64,000 bases of DNA from a virus (taxonomy: Duplodnaviria; Caudoviricetes), in IMG/VR virus record IMGVR_UViG_3300044835_000064, positions 1,154-65,153 of that record, one strand, 5' to 3'. How positions within the stretch are numbered: the first letter of the stretch is position 1; each line of letters begins with the position of its first letter. Both the position numbers and the translations under genes were made by a program. Under the pieces are notes generated by a model. It searched no databases. It was not told the DNA's origin and was given only the letters and a program-made list of their open reading frames with translations. Shown here piece by piece: positions 1 through 9,021 of this stretch.

Positions 1-27
1 ACGCGACGCGCCAGATGTCATCAAATG

Positions 28-48
28 GGTAGTGGCTCAGTTTGAAAT
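28..48 (+). repeat. Terminal inverted-repeat-like end of an IS1-like DDE element (GGTAGTGGCTCAGTTTGAAAT)
   Basis: Resembles the IR ends at 5857-5884 (reverse complement) and 63888-63915; followed by the small basic ORF typical of these elements. Confidence 0.6.
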
Positions 49-129
49 TTAGCGCTCAATCCCGCCGATTCTCGTTTCACTTGGAGTTTGCTGGGGAAGA
101 TAGTAGCCTTTTGTCTAGAGGTTCGCCAA

Positions 130-275
130 TGGTAGATGACTGGGCAGCTAAGGCAGTAAGGTTAGGGCAAGGTGGCCTCAAGGGTGGGCGCTCGCGTGCC
201 CAATCAATGAGCCCCGAACGCCGTATTGAAATAGCCAAAAAGGCCAGTAGGGCCAGATGGCGAAAGGAGGGTTGA
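130..275 (+). CDS. Small basic protein (GGLKGG..RA..MSPERR.EIAKKA..ARW), transposon-associated
   Basis: Motif in ORF 42..275; probable ATG at 130. Confidence 0.6.
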
Positions 276-706
276 TGGCAACCGTATACGACGTAGCCGA
301 ATACATTCTCTCTTCATTAGGAGAGATGTCGGCAATGAAACTTCAGAAATTAGTCTATTACAGTCAGGCTTGGTCGTTGGCTTGGACTGATCGTCCCCTC
401 TTCAATGAAGAAATCGAGGCGTGGGCGAAAGGGCCGGTTGTACGTGCGCTATACGAGAAACATCGTGGAGCTTTTCTGTTGAGCCAGGGATTTTTTGGCG
501 GGAATGCCGACAATCTCTCCCTCGAAGAAAAGGATATTATTGATCGTGTCCTCGCATTTTACGGTCGGAAAGACCCTCAATGGTTGAGCACGCTCACCCA
601 TCTGGAATCCCCCTGGCAGGAAGCGCGGACCGGATTATCCGCTGAGGAGCGGGGGAATAGCGTCATAACCAAGAGTGCCATGCTCGAATACTACAGTAAC
701 CTGTAG
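275..706 (+). CDS. Panacea (DUF4065/SocA/GepA-like) antitoxin
   Basis: MKLQKLVYYSQAW...LF.EEIEAW..GPVV..LY and TH.ESPW motifs; GGAGG RBS before ATG 275. Confidence 0.9.
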   Translation: MATVYDVAEYILSSLGEMSAMKLQKLVYYSQAWSLAWTDRPLFNEEIEAWAKGPVVRALYEKHRGAFLLSQGFFGGNADNLSLEEKDIIDRVLAFYGRKDPQWLSTLTHLESPWQEARTGLSAEERGNSVITKSAMLEYYSNL

Positions 707-1012
707 TGAGTGAAACCAAAAGGCAAGCGTACTCCATCGACGCTAATTGAACCTCTCCGGCAAGTTAGGGCCGGAGCGGCTCCGCCATCCCAACAAATCC
801 GCACAGGTGCTTCCCCTGAAAGCGTTCAGGAAAGCACCAATTCACAAACACCCACTTGGCAATTTCGAAGTTTAGACCATGAACATCCTGACTGGGGATG
901 GAAGAACCTATTGCCGCGTCAATGGCGGGAAGTCCTGCAACATTTGCACAATTTCGAAGGGATGACATGGAACGATAGGCAATAATTGACATGACTCATC
1001 CACTGGTTTAGG

Positions 1013-1888
1013 ATGAGCACGTCAGTCATTGCCGATGAAACTCAAAAAAGGAGAGTCATCGTGCAATTGCCCTATAAAGTAGAAGAGAGTACACAGGAAG
1101 CGCTGTCGCTGGTGAGTTTGCTTCAGGAGACGGCTTTATTTCTGTGGAAGGAATGGCCGAGAGATATGGAAGCAGTCGCTCTTAATGCGCAAGACAATTT
1201 CTCTCTAACAGGCACCTGTCCTCACTGCAGTCATGCTTCGGTGTTCATCGTCACTACCGGTAAATATGCGGAGTTCGTACAAAGCACGCCACAAGGACAA
1301 CTGCAAAGGCTTGTGGCTGGCCTCCAATGTCAGGGCTGCAAAAAATATATCCTCGGCCAAGTATTTCACATACAGAGCAAAATGGAATACGTCTATGAAG
1401 CACACTATCCGCTCGGAAAGCCTGATGACCGTGTGGCAGAGGAGATACCGGAGCATATACAGCCAGATTTCAGGGAAGCGCTGCGTTGTCTTTTCGTGGA
1501 TGCTTACAATGCCACGGCGGAAATGTGTAGGCGTGCCTTAGAAGCAAGCTGCATAGATCTTGGGGCTCCCAGTGACAAGGTTCTAGACAAGATGATTGAT
1601 TGGTTGGCAGATCAGCGCAAGATAACTCCGTTTCTTAAAGATGCAGCGCACAAAATTCGACTGGGCGGGAACAAAGGAGCACACCCTCCAGAGGGCGGCC
1701 CTCTTTCCCTCGCACCCGCAATCGCAGCGGTGGCTGATCCCGATGCTCCAGAAGCCGTCGGGGTTATTGGAAAGGAACATGCGCTCGCAATCGTTGAATT
1801 CACGCGGCAGTTCTTTCACAATGTCTATGTGGGGCCGAAACAACTAGGTAAATACGACTTCTCGAAACCAAAGGCGGTCAAGCCGTGA
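1013..1888 (+). CDS. DUF4145 (HEPN-like) domain protein with N-terminal Zn ribbon; start may be 1166
   Basis: CPHC...CQGC; EA..C....AYNATAEMCRRALE; IRLGGNKGAH motif. Confidence 0.8.
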   Translation: MSTSVIADETQKRRVIVQLPYKVEESTQEALSLVSLLQETALFLWKEWPRDMEAVALNAQDNFSLTGTCPHCSHASVFIVTTGKYAEFVQSTPQGQLQRLVAGLQCQGCKKYILGQVFHIQSKMEYVYEAHYPLGKPDDRVAEEIPEHIQPDFREALRCLFVDAYNATAEMCRRALEASCIDLGAPSDKVLDKMIDWLADQRKITPFLKDAAHKIRLGGNKGAHPPEGGPLSLAPAIAAVADPDAPEAVGVIGKEHALAIVEFTRQFFHNVYVGPKQLGKYDFSKPKAVKP

Positions 1889-1918
1889 CAAGGCGACGCG
1901 AAACCCGAACCCTGTTGT

Positions 1919-2209
1919 CTACTTCAAAGAGAGCGATTTTATAACGGCGATTAATTCCTTCCGGTTCTTATGGCATCTAACCATTCCAATGAAATTGCTG
2001 GCCGTTCCAAAACGAAGCTGGCGCGTCATCAAATGAATGAGCGTGTCCCCTAGAATATGTTTTGCTCCGAGAGAGACCGATGTTCTCCCCAGCACTGTTT
2101 TCCCATCATCGTCGTAAAGGGTGTACCAATAATGGTCACCCTTCTCCTCGGAGCAGCGCATTTTGGTTTTTAGTTGTGCTCGAACGTCGTCCGAATTAAG
2201 GGATGCCAT
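1919..2209 (-). CDS. HicA-like toxin (putative)
   Basis: 96 aa; GDH motif followed by beta strands and TLI..M.RQL helix. Confidence 0.5.
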   Translation of the reverse strand: MASLNSDDVRAQLKTKMRCSEEKGDHYWYTLYDDDGKTVLGRTSVSLGAKHILGDTLIHLMTRQLRFGTASNFIGMVRCHKNRKELIAVIKSLSLK

Positions 2210-2212
2210 TTG

Positions 2213-2512
2213 TTAGCGTGCAGTAATCACATGCCGAAACTGTTCCAATTCGGCGGATAGGGCGGGCGACAAGTCGGATTCTTTGGCGTTCAGGAATTCA
2301 AACTGATTAACAAAAGCATGGACAAAACTATCAAGTGCAAGAGACCACTTCTTGTCATAACTGAATACGCCAGTGATGGGTTCCGAGGCTACAAACGCTC
2401 CACTCGCGTCTACTTCCATCAAGACAGTGATCCGATGTCGCAGACGATACTTGGTTCCTGGAAGATCACTGAGAATAACCGTCGCCACGTCGAGAGGAAT
2501 TGCGGCAGCCAT
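2213..2512 (-). CDS. HicB-like antitoxin (putative)
   Basis: Upstream partner of the HicA-like ORF; beta-strand then AL..F helix pattern. Confidence 0.45.
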   Translation of the reverse strand: MAAAIPLDVATVILSDLPGTKYRLRHRITVLMEVDASGAFVASEPITGVFSYDKKWSLALDSFVHAFVNQFEFLNAKESDLSPALSAELEQFRHVITAR

Positions 2513-2724
2513 GAAAACCCCCTAACTTTCAGATGCTCGGATCGACAGACTGGTTACTAGTAAATGGGGGAAGTGGAACCGTCAAATTCTTGTCTATTTC
2601 TGGGTTATTTGTCAAGATTGAACATTACAGCGGCGGTAGGCTCCTAGGGAAATGACGAAGGTACTCGAAAACGCACCAAAAGGTCGCTGGCCCGAGGGTC
2701 ATACATATCGAGGATATACCCTAA

Positions 2725-2886
2725 ATGACAAGTGACGCTGAAAAATTCGACGCTGTGGTTAGAAAGCTTCTTTCTGTCTCGCACGAAGAAATCCAGAAGC
2801 GAGACAAGGAATGGCGACGCAAACGAGCGCAGAAAAAGCAGGCTAAGACTTCGCCCGCTTCCCGCGCTTCCGGCTCCAAGGCTTAG
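2725..2886 (+). CDS. Small basic protein convergent with the IS1595 transposase (MTSDAEKFDAVVRKLLSVSHEEIQKR...)
   Basis: 53-aa ORF read by hand, overlapping the transposase stop. Confidence 0.55.
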   Translation: MTSDAEKFDAVVRKLLSVSHEEIQKRDKEWRRKRAQKKQAKTSPASRASGSKA

Positions 2887-3860
2887 TTAACCGAGGCGGC
2901 TCCCACCTTGCCAGTCAATTGAGCGAAGGTTAGGCGCTTGCCGACGATCTGAGAGATAGCAATATCAAATCGTTCTGCGTCTGTGATTGGTCGTTCTTTT
3001 GTACCGCGATAGTTGAACCGAAACGATTGCTCGTCAAGGTAGCGAAATAAATGGAAAGGCTCCACCGCAATGTAAGTTCCCGCAAGGCCGCGCTTCAGCA
3101 GCGACCAGAAATTCTCCATGCCGTTAGTGTGTACGCGACCATCTACGTACTTAACAGCGTGGTCAATGATCTGGTGCTGGTACTCTTCGCTCAGACCCTT
3201 GTACCCTCCCATTTCGTCAGTGAACAATGCGGCTCCGGCGTGGACGTGCTCACGAATGATTGGTTGCAGAGTTTCTTTTTGCCGATCTGCGATCACCTGA
3301 GTGTGAACGCGGCCACCGCGCTCCATTACTCCCATCACGATCAGTTTATCTTTTGCGGATTGACCCATTCCGGTGATGCGGCGAGCCTTCACGCTCTTGT
3401 GCATGTTCCGCGCTTTGCCGCCAATGAAAGTTTCGTCCGCTTCGACTTCGCCGCCATTGCCGCCAAGCTTCGATCCAAGAGTCTCATCCTGCATGGCAAG
3501 CCGAATGCGATGCAGCATGAACCAAGCAGACTTCTGTGTAACCTGAACGTCACGGGCCATCTCGTAAGAACTGACGCCGTTCTTGCAATTAGTGACCAAC
3601 CAAGTTGCTGTCATCCACTTGTCGAGCGGTATTGCGGAATCTTCCATGACGGTTCCAACCTTGATGGAGAACTGGCGCTTTGCGTGGTGCGAACTGCATT
3701 GCCAGATGCGACGCTCGGCATGGAATTTAACTTTATCCGATCCGCAAGAGGGGCAGAGAACACGGCCATCGGGCCAGCGCCGTATCGCCAAATAGTCGAT
3801 GCAGTTGTCAGGATTCGAGAAATATACGATTGCTTCTTGAAGGCTTTTAGGTTCGTGCAT
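2883..3860 (-). CDS. IS1595-family transposase
   Basis: RWPDG..CPSCGS Zn ribbon, VEADETFIGG, TDE, VHTNGMENFWS.LKR, YLDEQSFRFN motifs; likely start MHEPK at 3860. Confidence 0.95.
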   Translation of the reverse strand: MHEPKSLQEAIVYFSNPDNCIDYLAIRRWPDGRVLCPSCGSDKVKFHAERRIWQCSSHHAKRQFSIKVGTVMEDSAIPLDKWMTATWLVTNCKNGVSSYEMARDVQVTQKSAWFMLHRIRLAMQDETLGSKLGGNGGEVEADETFIGGKARNMHKSVKARRITGMGQSAKDKLIVMGVMERGGRVHTQVIADRQKETLQPIIREHVHAGAALFTDEMGGYKGLSEEYQHQIIDHAVKYVDGRVHTNGMENFWSLLKRGLAGTYIAVEPFHLFRYLDEQSFRFNYRGTKERPITDAERFDIAISQIVGKRLTFAQLTGKVGAASVN

Positions 3861-3969
3861 GGCTTTGTTCTCCACGAACCAAACTATAGCTGAAACAAGT
3901 GGATGAGTCAAGTAAATTATTACCGAACGATATACAGGCAACGTCTGGCGGACGCACGCGTGGCACTAA

Positions 3970-4266
3970 TCACCATTCCTTGCCCATTCCTTGACTGCAA
4001 TTGACCTTGGCACGCTGGTAATGGAACTTGCCTGTCATGACCAAGAAATCGAAGAGTGTATTCGCTAGCGATGTCTTTCCCACTCCGCGTTCGCCGAACA
4101 GAATAGCGTGCGACCCTTTTTGGAAGATAGTGCTGATAACTTTCTCCACTTGCTTGGTGCGCCCAGCGAAAAGGTCACGGCTATCAATGGGAGAGCCAGG
4201 AGTGAAAATAGAATTGATGTCGGCTACATAGCGGTATTTCGTTGGCTCGTCCATCGCCCCTCGCAA
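3970..4266 (-). pseudogene. N-terminal fragment of a STAND/AAA ATPase
   Basis: FTP..P....LFAGR and Walker A GERGVGKTS, then abrupt end at a repeat junction. Confidence 0.75.
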
Positions 4267-4340
4267 GTCTTAGTTTTACAGATTATCTCATAGTTTGTAG
4301 ACCAGCGCTAGGCATATTCTTACATACGCCTCACTTTTGC

Positions 4341-4364
4341 CTTGACAAACCTAACATTGTCAAG
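4341..4364. promoter_or_regulatory. Palindrome CTTGACAA-N8-TTGTCAAG upstream of the transposase (candidate divergent -35 boxes/operator)
   Basis: Perfect 8-bp inverted repeat containing TTGACA on both strands. Confidence 0.45.
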
Positions 4365-4377
4365 CATATTAGTCAGT

Positions 4378-4880
4378 ATGAAACGGCTAACCATGGAACA
4401 AAAAACACGAGTTGTAGCGGCCCTCGTGGAGGGTGATTCCATTCGGTCAACGGTGCGCATGACGGGCGTTGCGAAAAATACTGTCATAAAGCTGGTGCTC
4501 GATCTGGCGGATGTATGCGCTGCTTACCATGACAGAGCCGTTCGCAATCTCAAGGTTCGCCGTTTGCAGTGCGATGAAATTTGGCAATTCGTCGGCTCCA
4601 AAGCGAAGAATACACGGCCCGAAAAGAAAGCAATCGGTTGGGGCGATGTCTGGACGTGGACGGCATTGGACGCTGACACAAAGCTCTGTGTTAGCTATTT
4701 AGTGGGCGGTCGTGATCTTGGATGGGCGAAAGAGTTTATGGAGGATTGTGCGTCACGGATTCGCAATCGTGTGCAGATCACAACGGACGGCCACAAAGTG
4801 ATTCCCGCTTCCATCGCTGGCGTAACGCGCAACGTCTGATGAACGCGGGAGAAGTTGTAGTACATGAACCAGTAATCATG
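4378..4880 (+). pseudogene. IS1-like DDE transposase remnant (N-terminal half plus inverted C-terminal piece)
   Basis: LVEGDSIRSTVRMTGVAKNTV HTH, QCDEIW, WTWTALDADTKL, QITTDG; YYNFSRVHQTLRVTPAMEAG on the opposite strand. Confidence 0.85.
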
Positions 4881-5143
4881 TTTGGACGATTGAAGAGCTG
4901 TGTGCTCTGCTCCCGCAGACTCCATCAGCCGTAAAGCAGATCGACAGAAACTTGCTGCTCAAGGCCTTGGCTGAGTAGAATCTCACAATGAGAAGCTGAC
5001 ACGTCAAAATAGTGACACATTCTTGCCAAAAATTTGCACAACATTTACAAGCTGGCCACGACCCCTACGCGTCTAAAGTACTGAGGGTATTGGCGACCTT
5101 TAGTCATTAGCCCTAACTTTAGGAGGGGCAGCATAATTGCCTA

Positions 5144-5515
5144 TTGACAGCTGGGGTAAACTTTATGGCTACACGCGCATGGAGAGGCGACATGGGATCT
5201 GCTGGTGCATTGGCGGTTAGCCCGGTTACAGCCATTCGGGATGCTCTGTACGAAGTACAGGAGATCGAACAAGCGTTTGTCTACATCGACGGAGAACACA
5301 GCATCGCCATTCTCACGGTGATGGCCGAAAAAGACTACGAAGCCCAGAAACGTATTTTTGAGGTTGAGAAGCAAATCATCGAAGGTCTCGCAGGCATCAA
5401 GGTAACGTTCAAACTTGTGGTGCGTTGTGGGCGTGCTCTCGGAGAACTGGTCTCGCCCAAGGGAAACCAACTGTTTTCGAGAGGACTGATTGCCCACAAA
5501 GAACGAGCATATTAA
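5144..5515 (+). CDS. Putative antitoxin / nucleotidyltransferase-like partner of the HEPN gene
   Basis: Overlaps the downstream HEPN ORF; size and order of MNT-HEPN pairs; no clear catalytic motif. Confidence 0.4.
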   Translation: MTAGVNFMATRAWRGDMGSAGALAVSPVTAIRDALYEVQEIEQAFVYIDGEHSIAILTVMAEKDYEAQKRIFEVEKQIIEGLAGIKVTFKLVVRCGRALGELVSPKGNQLFSRGLIAHKERAY

Positions 5516-5852
5516 AAAGGCAGAGCGAAATGAGGCCTTCGCTTTTTTTCTGGCAGAAAAGACCAAGTATCTTGACTGGGCAATTACGATCCTGTTTTAT
5601 TCCGCCCTCCACTACATCGATGCAGTCCTCGCTGTCTCTCTAGCTGATCCGGAAGATCACAAGGAACGGAAAGCTCAAATGAGCGTTAACGACACGACGA
5701 AACGTGTCTACCAGGAGTACCGGACTTTAGAAACCGCGAGCTGGAATTCCCGATACTTTGCCATGCCAATCGAGAGCGACGACTGGAACAAAGTAAAACC
5801 GGAGTTCGACACGCTGCGCGGACATATCCGCAGCCGTCTAGGCCTCAAATAA
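5490..5852 (+). CDS. HEPN domain protein
   Basis: H..KAERN....DWAIT.LFYSALH...A.L....H..R...SRY pattern. Confidence 0.75.
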   Translation: MPTKNEHIKKAERNEAFAFFLAEKTKYLDWAITILFYSALHYIDAVLAVSLADPEDHKERKAQMSVNDTTKRVYQEYRTLETASWNSRYFAMPIESDDWNKVKPEFDTLRGHIRSRLGLK

Positions 5853-5856
5853 AGCC

Positions 5857-5892
5857 CCTGTGGAAATCATACTGACCCACTACCGAAATTCG
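5857..5892. repeat. Right IR of IS1-like element (5857-5884) plus target duplication GAAATTCG (5885-5892)
   Basis: Reverse complement matches 63888-63915 at 26/28 positions. Confidence 0.88.
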
Positions 5893-5927
5893 GCCCGGCT
5901 CGGCTGATTTTAACGTGATATCGAAAA

Positions 5928-6305
5928 ATGAAAGCATCAGCCAAGACGGACGCCAAGCACCACCTCACCAATCAATTGCAGTCGGTTTTGTCCTACGTGG
6001 AACTGGACGAGATCGACAAGGCCATCAAACACGCCAAAGAACTCTTATCCGACCTGCATCGCATCAAAGCCCACCGAAGTGCCAAGGCAACGCTTACGGA
6101 ATTGGATCGTGCAGCGGCCGCACTCGCATACCCGCACATTATGATGCCCCAACCCATAGATGGAAACGTTATCGTTGTGCCGCACGGATCGCGAGTGGTT
6201 TCCCATGAAGATGTGAATGTGGACGTGGCTTCGGATGAGATACGCGTGGTAGGACCGCAAGGCGTGCGCTTCGGCCACGGGACGCACAATCCGAAGACGA
6301 AGTGA
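5928..6305 (+). CDS. Hypothetical phage protein
   Basis: ORF on the phage coding strand. Confidence 0.5.
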   Translation: MKASAKTDAKHHLTNQLQSVLSYVELDEIDKAIKHAKELLSDLHRIKAHRSAKATLTELDRAAAALAYPHIMMPQPIDGNVIVVPHGSRVVSHEDVNVDVASDEIRVVGPQGVRFGHGTHNPKTK

Positions 6306-6476
6306 TGCCGTTTTTCAGAAGTAAAGCGTCCACTGTGAGAATGCATTGCTCGATAAAGCTCTTGCGCCGCACATTTACGCCTCTTCCGAATGCTCATTAC
6401 TTTCGTACTCTAGTCCGATTGTACCTTCCCGCTGTAAAGTCACGTTGACCCTGACCTTCCTATAGCAAGTCTGCTT

Positions 6477-6998
6477 TTGAGGCGAAAGGCTGCCCTGAAA
6501 GTTGGCAGCCGGTGGACGCCCGGCAATCAAAGCACACCCCTAGGCTCGAATTCCTTCGTCCCCAACCCACATTTTATGCCCTCAAAATCAGTTGTCGCCG
6601 TCTATTACCTCGATCAAGACCGGTCTTGGATGAAACCTTGCCGCGAAGTATCGCGCTATGCCGCACGAAAATTGAAAGATATCGGCAGTGGAAAGTTCGT
6701 CGACAATGGTTGGTCATTTCAGTTGAGTCAAACGACCCCAGTCCCACAGTGCGAATATCTGGAAGCTGTAAATCTCCCGCCGGCGCCACTCGGCGTCGCC
6801 GAAACCATCACCTTTGCCGAAATTCAGGCAAACGTGGGCATTACATCCGGAGGCGAACCGGGTCTGCCGGCCAATCGCAACGCTGTGCGCCGGGCCCAAG
6901 CGAAAATACGCGCCTATCCCACCATTTTCGATAAGTTGGCAGTGATCGCGCGCGGCCGCTGGGTGAAAACTCCAATTCAGATCGTGGTGGCCGCTTGA
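6477..6998 (+). CDS. Hypothetical phage protein
   Basis: ORF coupled by TTGA to the next gene; start uncertain. Confidence 0.55.
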   Translation: MRRKAALKVGSRWTPGNQSTPLGSNSFVPNPHFMPSKSVVAVYYLDQDRSWMKPCREVSRYAARKLKDIGSGKFVDNGWSFQLSQTTPVPQCEYLEAVNLPPAPLGVAETITFAEIQANVGITSGGEPGLPANRNAVRRAQAKIRAYPTIFDKLAVIARGRWVKTPIQIVVAA

Positions 6999-7312
6999 AG
7001 GATCCTCTTCTCGATGACGGACCACTGAGCCTCTACCAGCGACTACCGGTTCGAAAGGACTGGAATCATCCCACCCGGGAAGATATTGCCGACAGTTTAC
7101 GGAAGGCACACGAGGTCAACCGGAAGCTGATTGTCACAGTCAATGAACTAATCGACGCCAGAAAGAAGATGAAAAAGGATATGGACGATCTCGATCGGGA
7201 ACTGCGCCAGTCGCGATTGCGCGCCACAATTCTAACTTCAGTTCTGAGTAGCGCGTCTACCGCTACTTTTATCGGGGGGCTCGTCACCCTGTTCCGCGCT
7301 TTCGCAAAATGA
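6995..7312 (+). CDS. Coiled-coil protein with C-terminal membrane anchor
   Basis: Charged heptad-like region then hydrophobic tail. Confidence 0.6.
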   Translation: MKDPLLDDGPLSLYQRLPVRKDWNHPTREDIADSLRKAHEVNRKLIVTVNELIDARKKMKKDMDDLDRELRQSRLRATILTSVLSSASTATFIGGLVTLFRAFAK

Positions 7313-7512
7313 TATGCCTGCCGAATTCCCAGCCGCCTTTGCCGACCCGCTCGTTGACCTCAATCGCTGCATTGACGGGGGTGCCTTGGCGCCAGAAGAA
7401 CAGGTCCTCAGCCAACGTTACCGGCTCACAATTGCTTCCATTCTTTCGTCGAAAGCATTTAGGCTCGTTTGGTGCGGCCTTTTATCGATAGCCCGGTGAG
7501 CAAGGCCCGGTC

Positions 7513-7722
7513 ATGCAAAATCGTGAATATCAGAAGCGCGCAACCCGGCAAGGGATTCGCAGTCGTCTCGGGCAGGAATTCTATCGCCCGGCGAAGCGTC
7601 CGGATCCTCGCGCACGGAAACGTTTAGTTACAGCTAAACCTGAGCAACTCGAGCTCAACTTCGATTTCGACCCAATCGCCAACCGGCCGCTGAATGACAT
7701 CTTCCCCGACGCCTACGAATGA
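7513..7722 (+). CDS. Hypothetical protein
   Basis: ATGA-coupled to 7719. Confidence 0.5.
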   Translation: MQNREYQKRATRQGIRSRLGQEFYRPAKRPDPRARKRLVTAKPEQLELNFDFDPIANRPLNDIFPDAYE

Positions 7723-7901
7723 CCGAATATCCTGGACGAAAGCCGGCGACGGTCAGTGAATTCATTCACCTACTGGCTACATTTGATGGCGGGGCAGAAG
7801 TCGAAGCCTACGACCCGGAAAGCCAGCGTTTTACAGTGGCCGATATCCAACTCTTCCGTCGTGACGGCAAGTCCATCGTTAGAATCTTTGGCAACGACTA
7901 A
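7719..7901 (+). CDS. Hypothetical protein
   Basis: Coupled small ORF. Confidence 0.5.
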   Translation: MTEYPGRKPATVSEFIHLLATFDGGAEVEAYDPESQRFTVADIQLFRRDGKSIVRIFGND

Positions 7902-7907
7902 ATCTTC

Positions 7908-8225
7908 GTGAGCATTCAATACGGCACAATCGTCAATACTCGGGCGCTCCTGCTTGATCCCGTCATCTTCGCTGCCCAGTTCACAGAGGAAGACTTTCGC
8001 ATGGGCGAAACCGTACAGGCAAAAGCGCGATATTTGAAGCGTTTCGGCGTTCGCCCGCAAGAACAATTGACTCCCGAACGACTCGCCGAGCACATGTGTG
8101 CGCTTTGTATCAATGGAAAGCACTGCTCAGACCCTGATTGCCGGTGTATCTGCGGCAAGCTTTTGGTGATGTACACGCAATCCGGACGGCAAAGGCGCTT
8201 TAAAACTCACTCGAAACTGGCCTAG
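7908..8225 (+). CDS. Hypothetical Cys-rich protein
   Basis: CALC....HCSDPDCRCIC. Confidence 0.5.
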   Translation: MSIQYGTIVNTRALLLDPVIFAAQFTEEDFRMGETVQAKARYLKRFGVRPQEQLTPERLAEHMCALCINGKHCSDPDCRCICGKLLVMYTQSGRQRRFKTHSKLA

Positions 8226-8311
8226 AAGCTCCCTCGTTATTTCGGTTCACCTGAAATGAATAAACTACTACTTAGCCAGATATGTTACTGAGTAGTAAGT
8301 AACTTAAGGAC

Positions 8312-8512
8312 ATGAACTTCATTAAGATTGGCGATAGTTGGTATCTTCTTAGCACAACAAACACCTGCGAGTGGACTGTTGGAGCATCAGACCCAGGCTA
8401 CACAGATGACGGGATCGAATGGGAATATCAAGCCGCAAATGAATATTCTGCTGACGACGTCGACGTCTTGGAATTGAACCGCATTTTCTCCCTTCCAGAC
8501 GAACGTGTGTGA
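8312..8512 (+). CDS. Hypothetical protein
   Basis: AAGGA RBS; GTGA-coupled to the recombinase. Confidence 0.5.
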   Translation: MNFIKIGDSWYLLSTTNTCEWTVGASDPGYTDDGIEWEYQAANEYSADDVDVLELNRIFSLPDERV

Positions 8513-9021
8513 ATGTTGCCCTCTACGCCAGAGTCTCCAAAGCCCACACCCACCAAGACCCTGAAGCCCAACTACAGCCTCTCCGAGCAATGGCTGGAGC
8601 CAAAGGCTGGATCATCACCCATGAGTACGTTGACACAGGATGGAGCGGTGCCAAAGAATCTCGGCCAGCCCTTGATGAGCTCATGGCAGCAGCGCAGCGC
8701 GGACACAGAGACTTTAATGCCATCGTCGTCTGGAAGTTCGATCGCTTCGCCCGCTCGACCAAGCATCTTCTGCGTGCCCTTGAGACCTTCCAATCACTCG
8801 ACATCGCGTTCGTTAGCCTCACGGAGAGCGTTGATACGTCAACGCCTTATGGCAAACTCGTCTTCACTATTCTTGGTGCGGTGGCCGAGCTCGAAAGAAG
8901 TTTAATTGCAGAGCGAATCAAGAACGGCATGAAGAAGCTGGGCGCCAAGAAGCCAGGTCCCAAGGTTGGAGTGAATGGACCATCGAAGACTACTCTTTGG
9001 CGACGAGCGAGGAATGCATAA
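8509..9021 (+). CDS. Small serine recombinase (resolvase/invertase family)
   Basis: YARVS, D.GWSG....RP.L, VWKFDRFARS, AELERSLI.ER motifs. Confidence 0.93.
   Translation: MNVALYARVSKAHTHQDPEAQLQPLRAMAGAKGWIITHEYVDTGWSGAKESRPALDELMAAAQRGHRDFNAIVVWKFDRFARSTKHLLRALETFQSLDIAFVSLTESVDTSTPYGKLVFTILGAVAELERSLIAERIKNGMKKLGAKKPGPKVGVNGPSKTTLWRRARNA

Larger units (their letters stand above)
978..3924 (-). mobile_element. IS1595-family transposon with passenger genes
   Basis: Imperfect IRs GGCAATAATTGACATGACTCATCCACTGGTTT (978) and revcomp GGTAATAATTTACTTGACTCATCCACTTGTTT (ending 3924); 8-bp duplication GAACGATA at 970-977 and 3925-3932. Confidence 0.92.
710..3993 (+). pseudogene. Putative toxin partner of Panacea, split by the IS1595 insertion (710-977 plus 3933-3993) and truncated
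   Basis: Removing 978-3932 restores the frame ...EGMTWNDIQATSGGRTRGTNHHSLPIP*; lies directly after the antitoxin. Confidence 0.7.

Noticed and set aside
3051-3893. 280-aa ORF antisense to the IS1595 transposase
   Set aside because: Antisense shadow with no motifs; same for 25296-26171 opposite the capsid gene
20-5892. IR at 28 as the partner of the IR at 5857-5884
   Set aside because: Weaker match and flanks differ (ATCAAATG vs GAAATTCG); the 63888 end matches both IR and duplication
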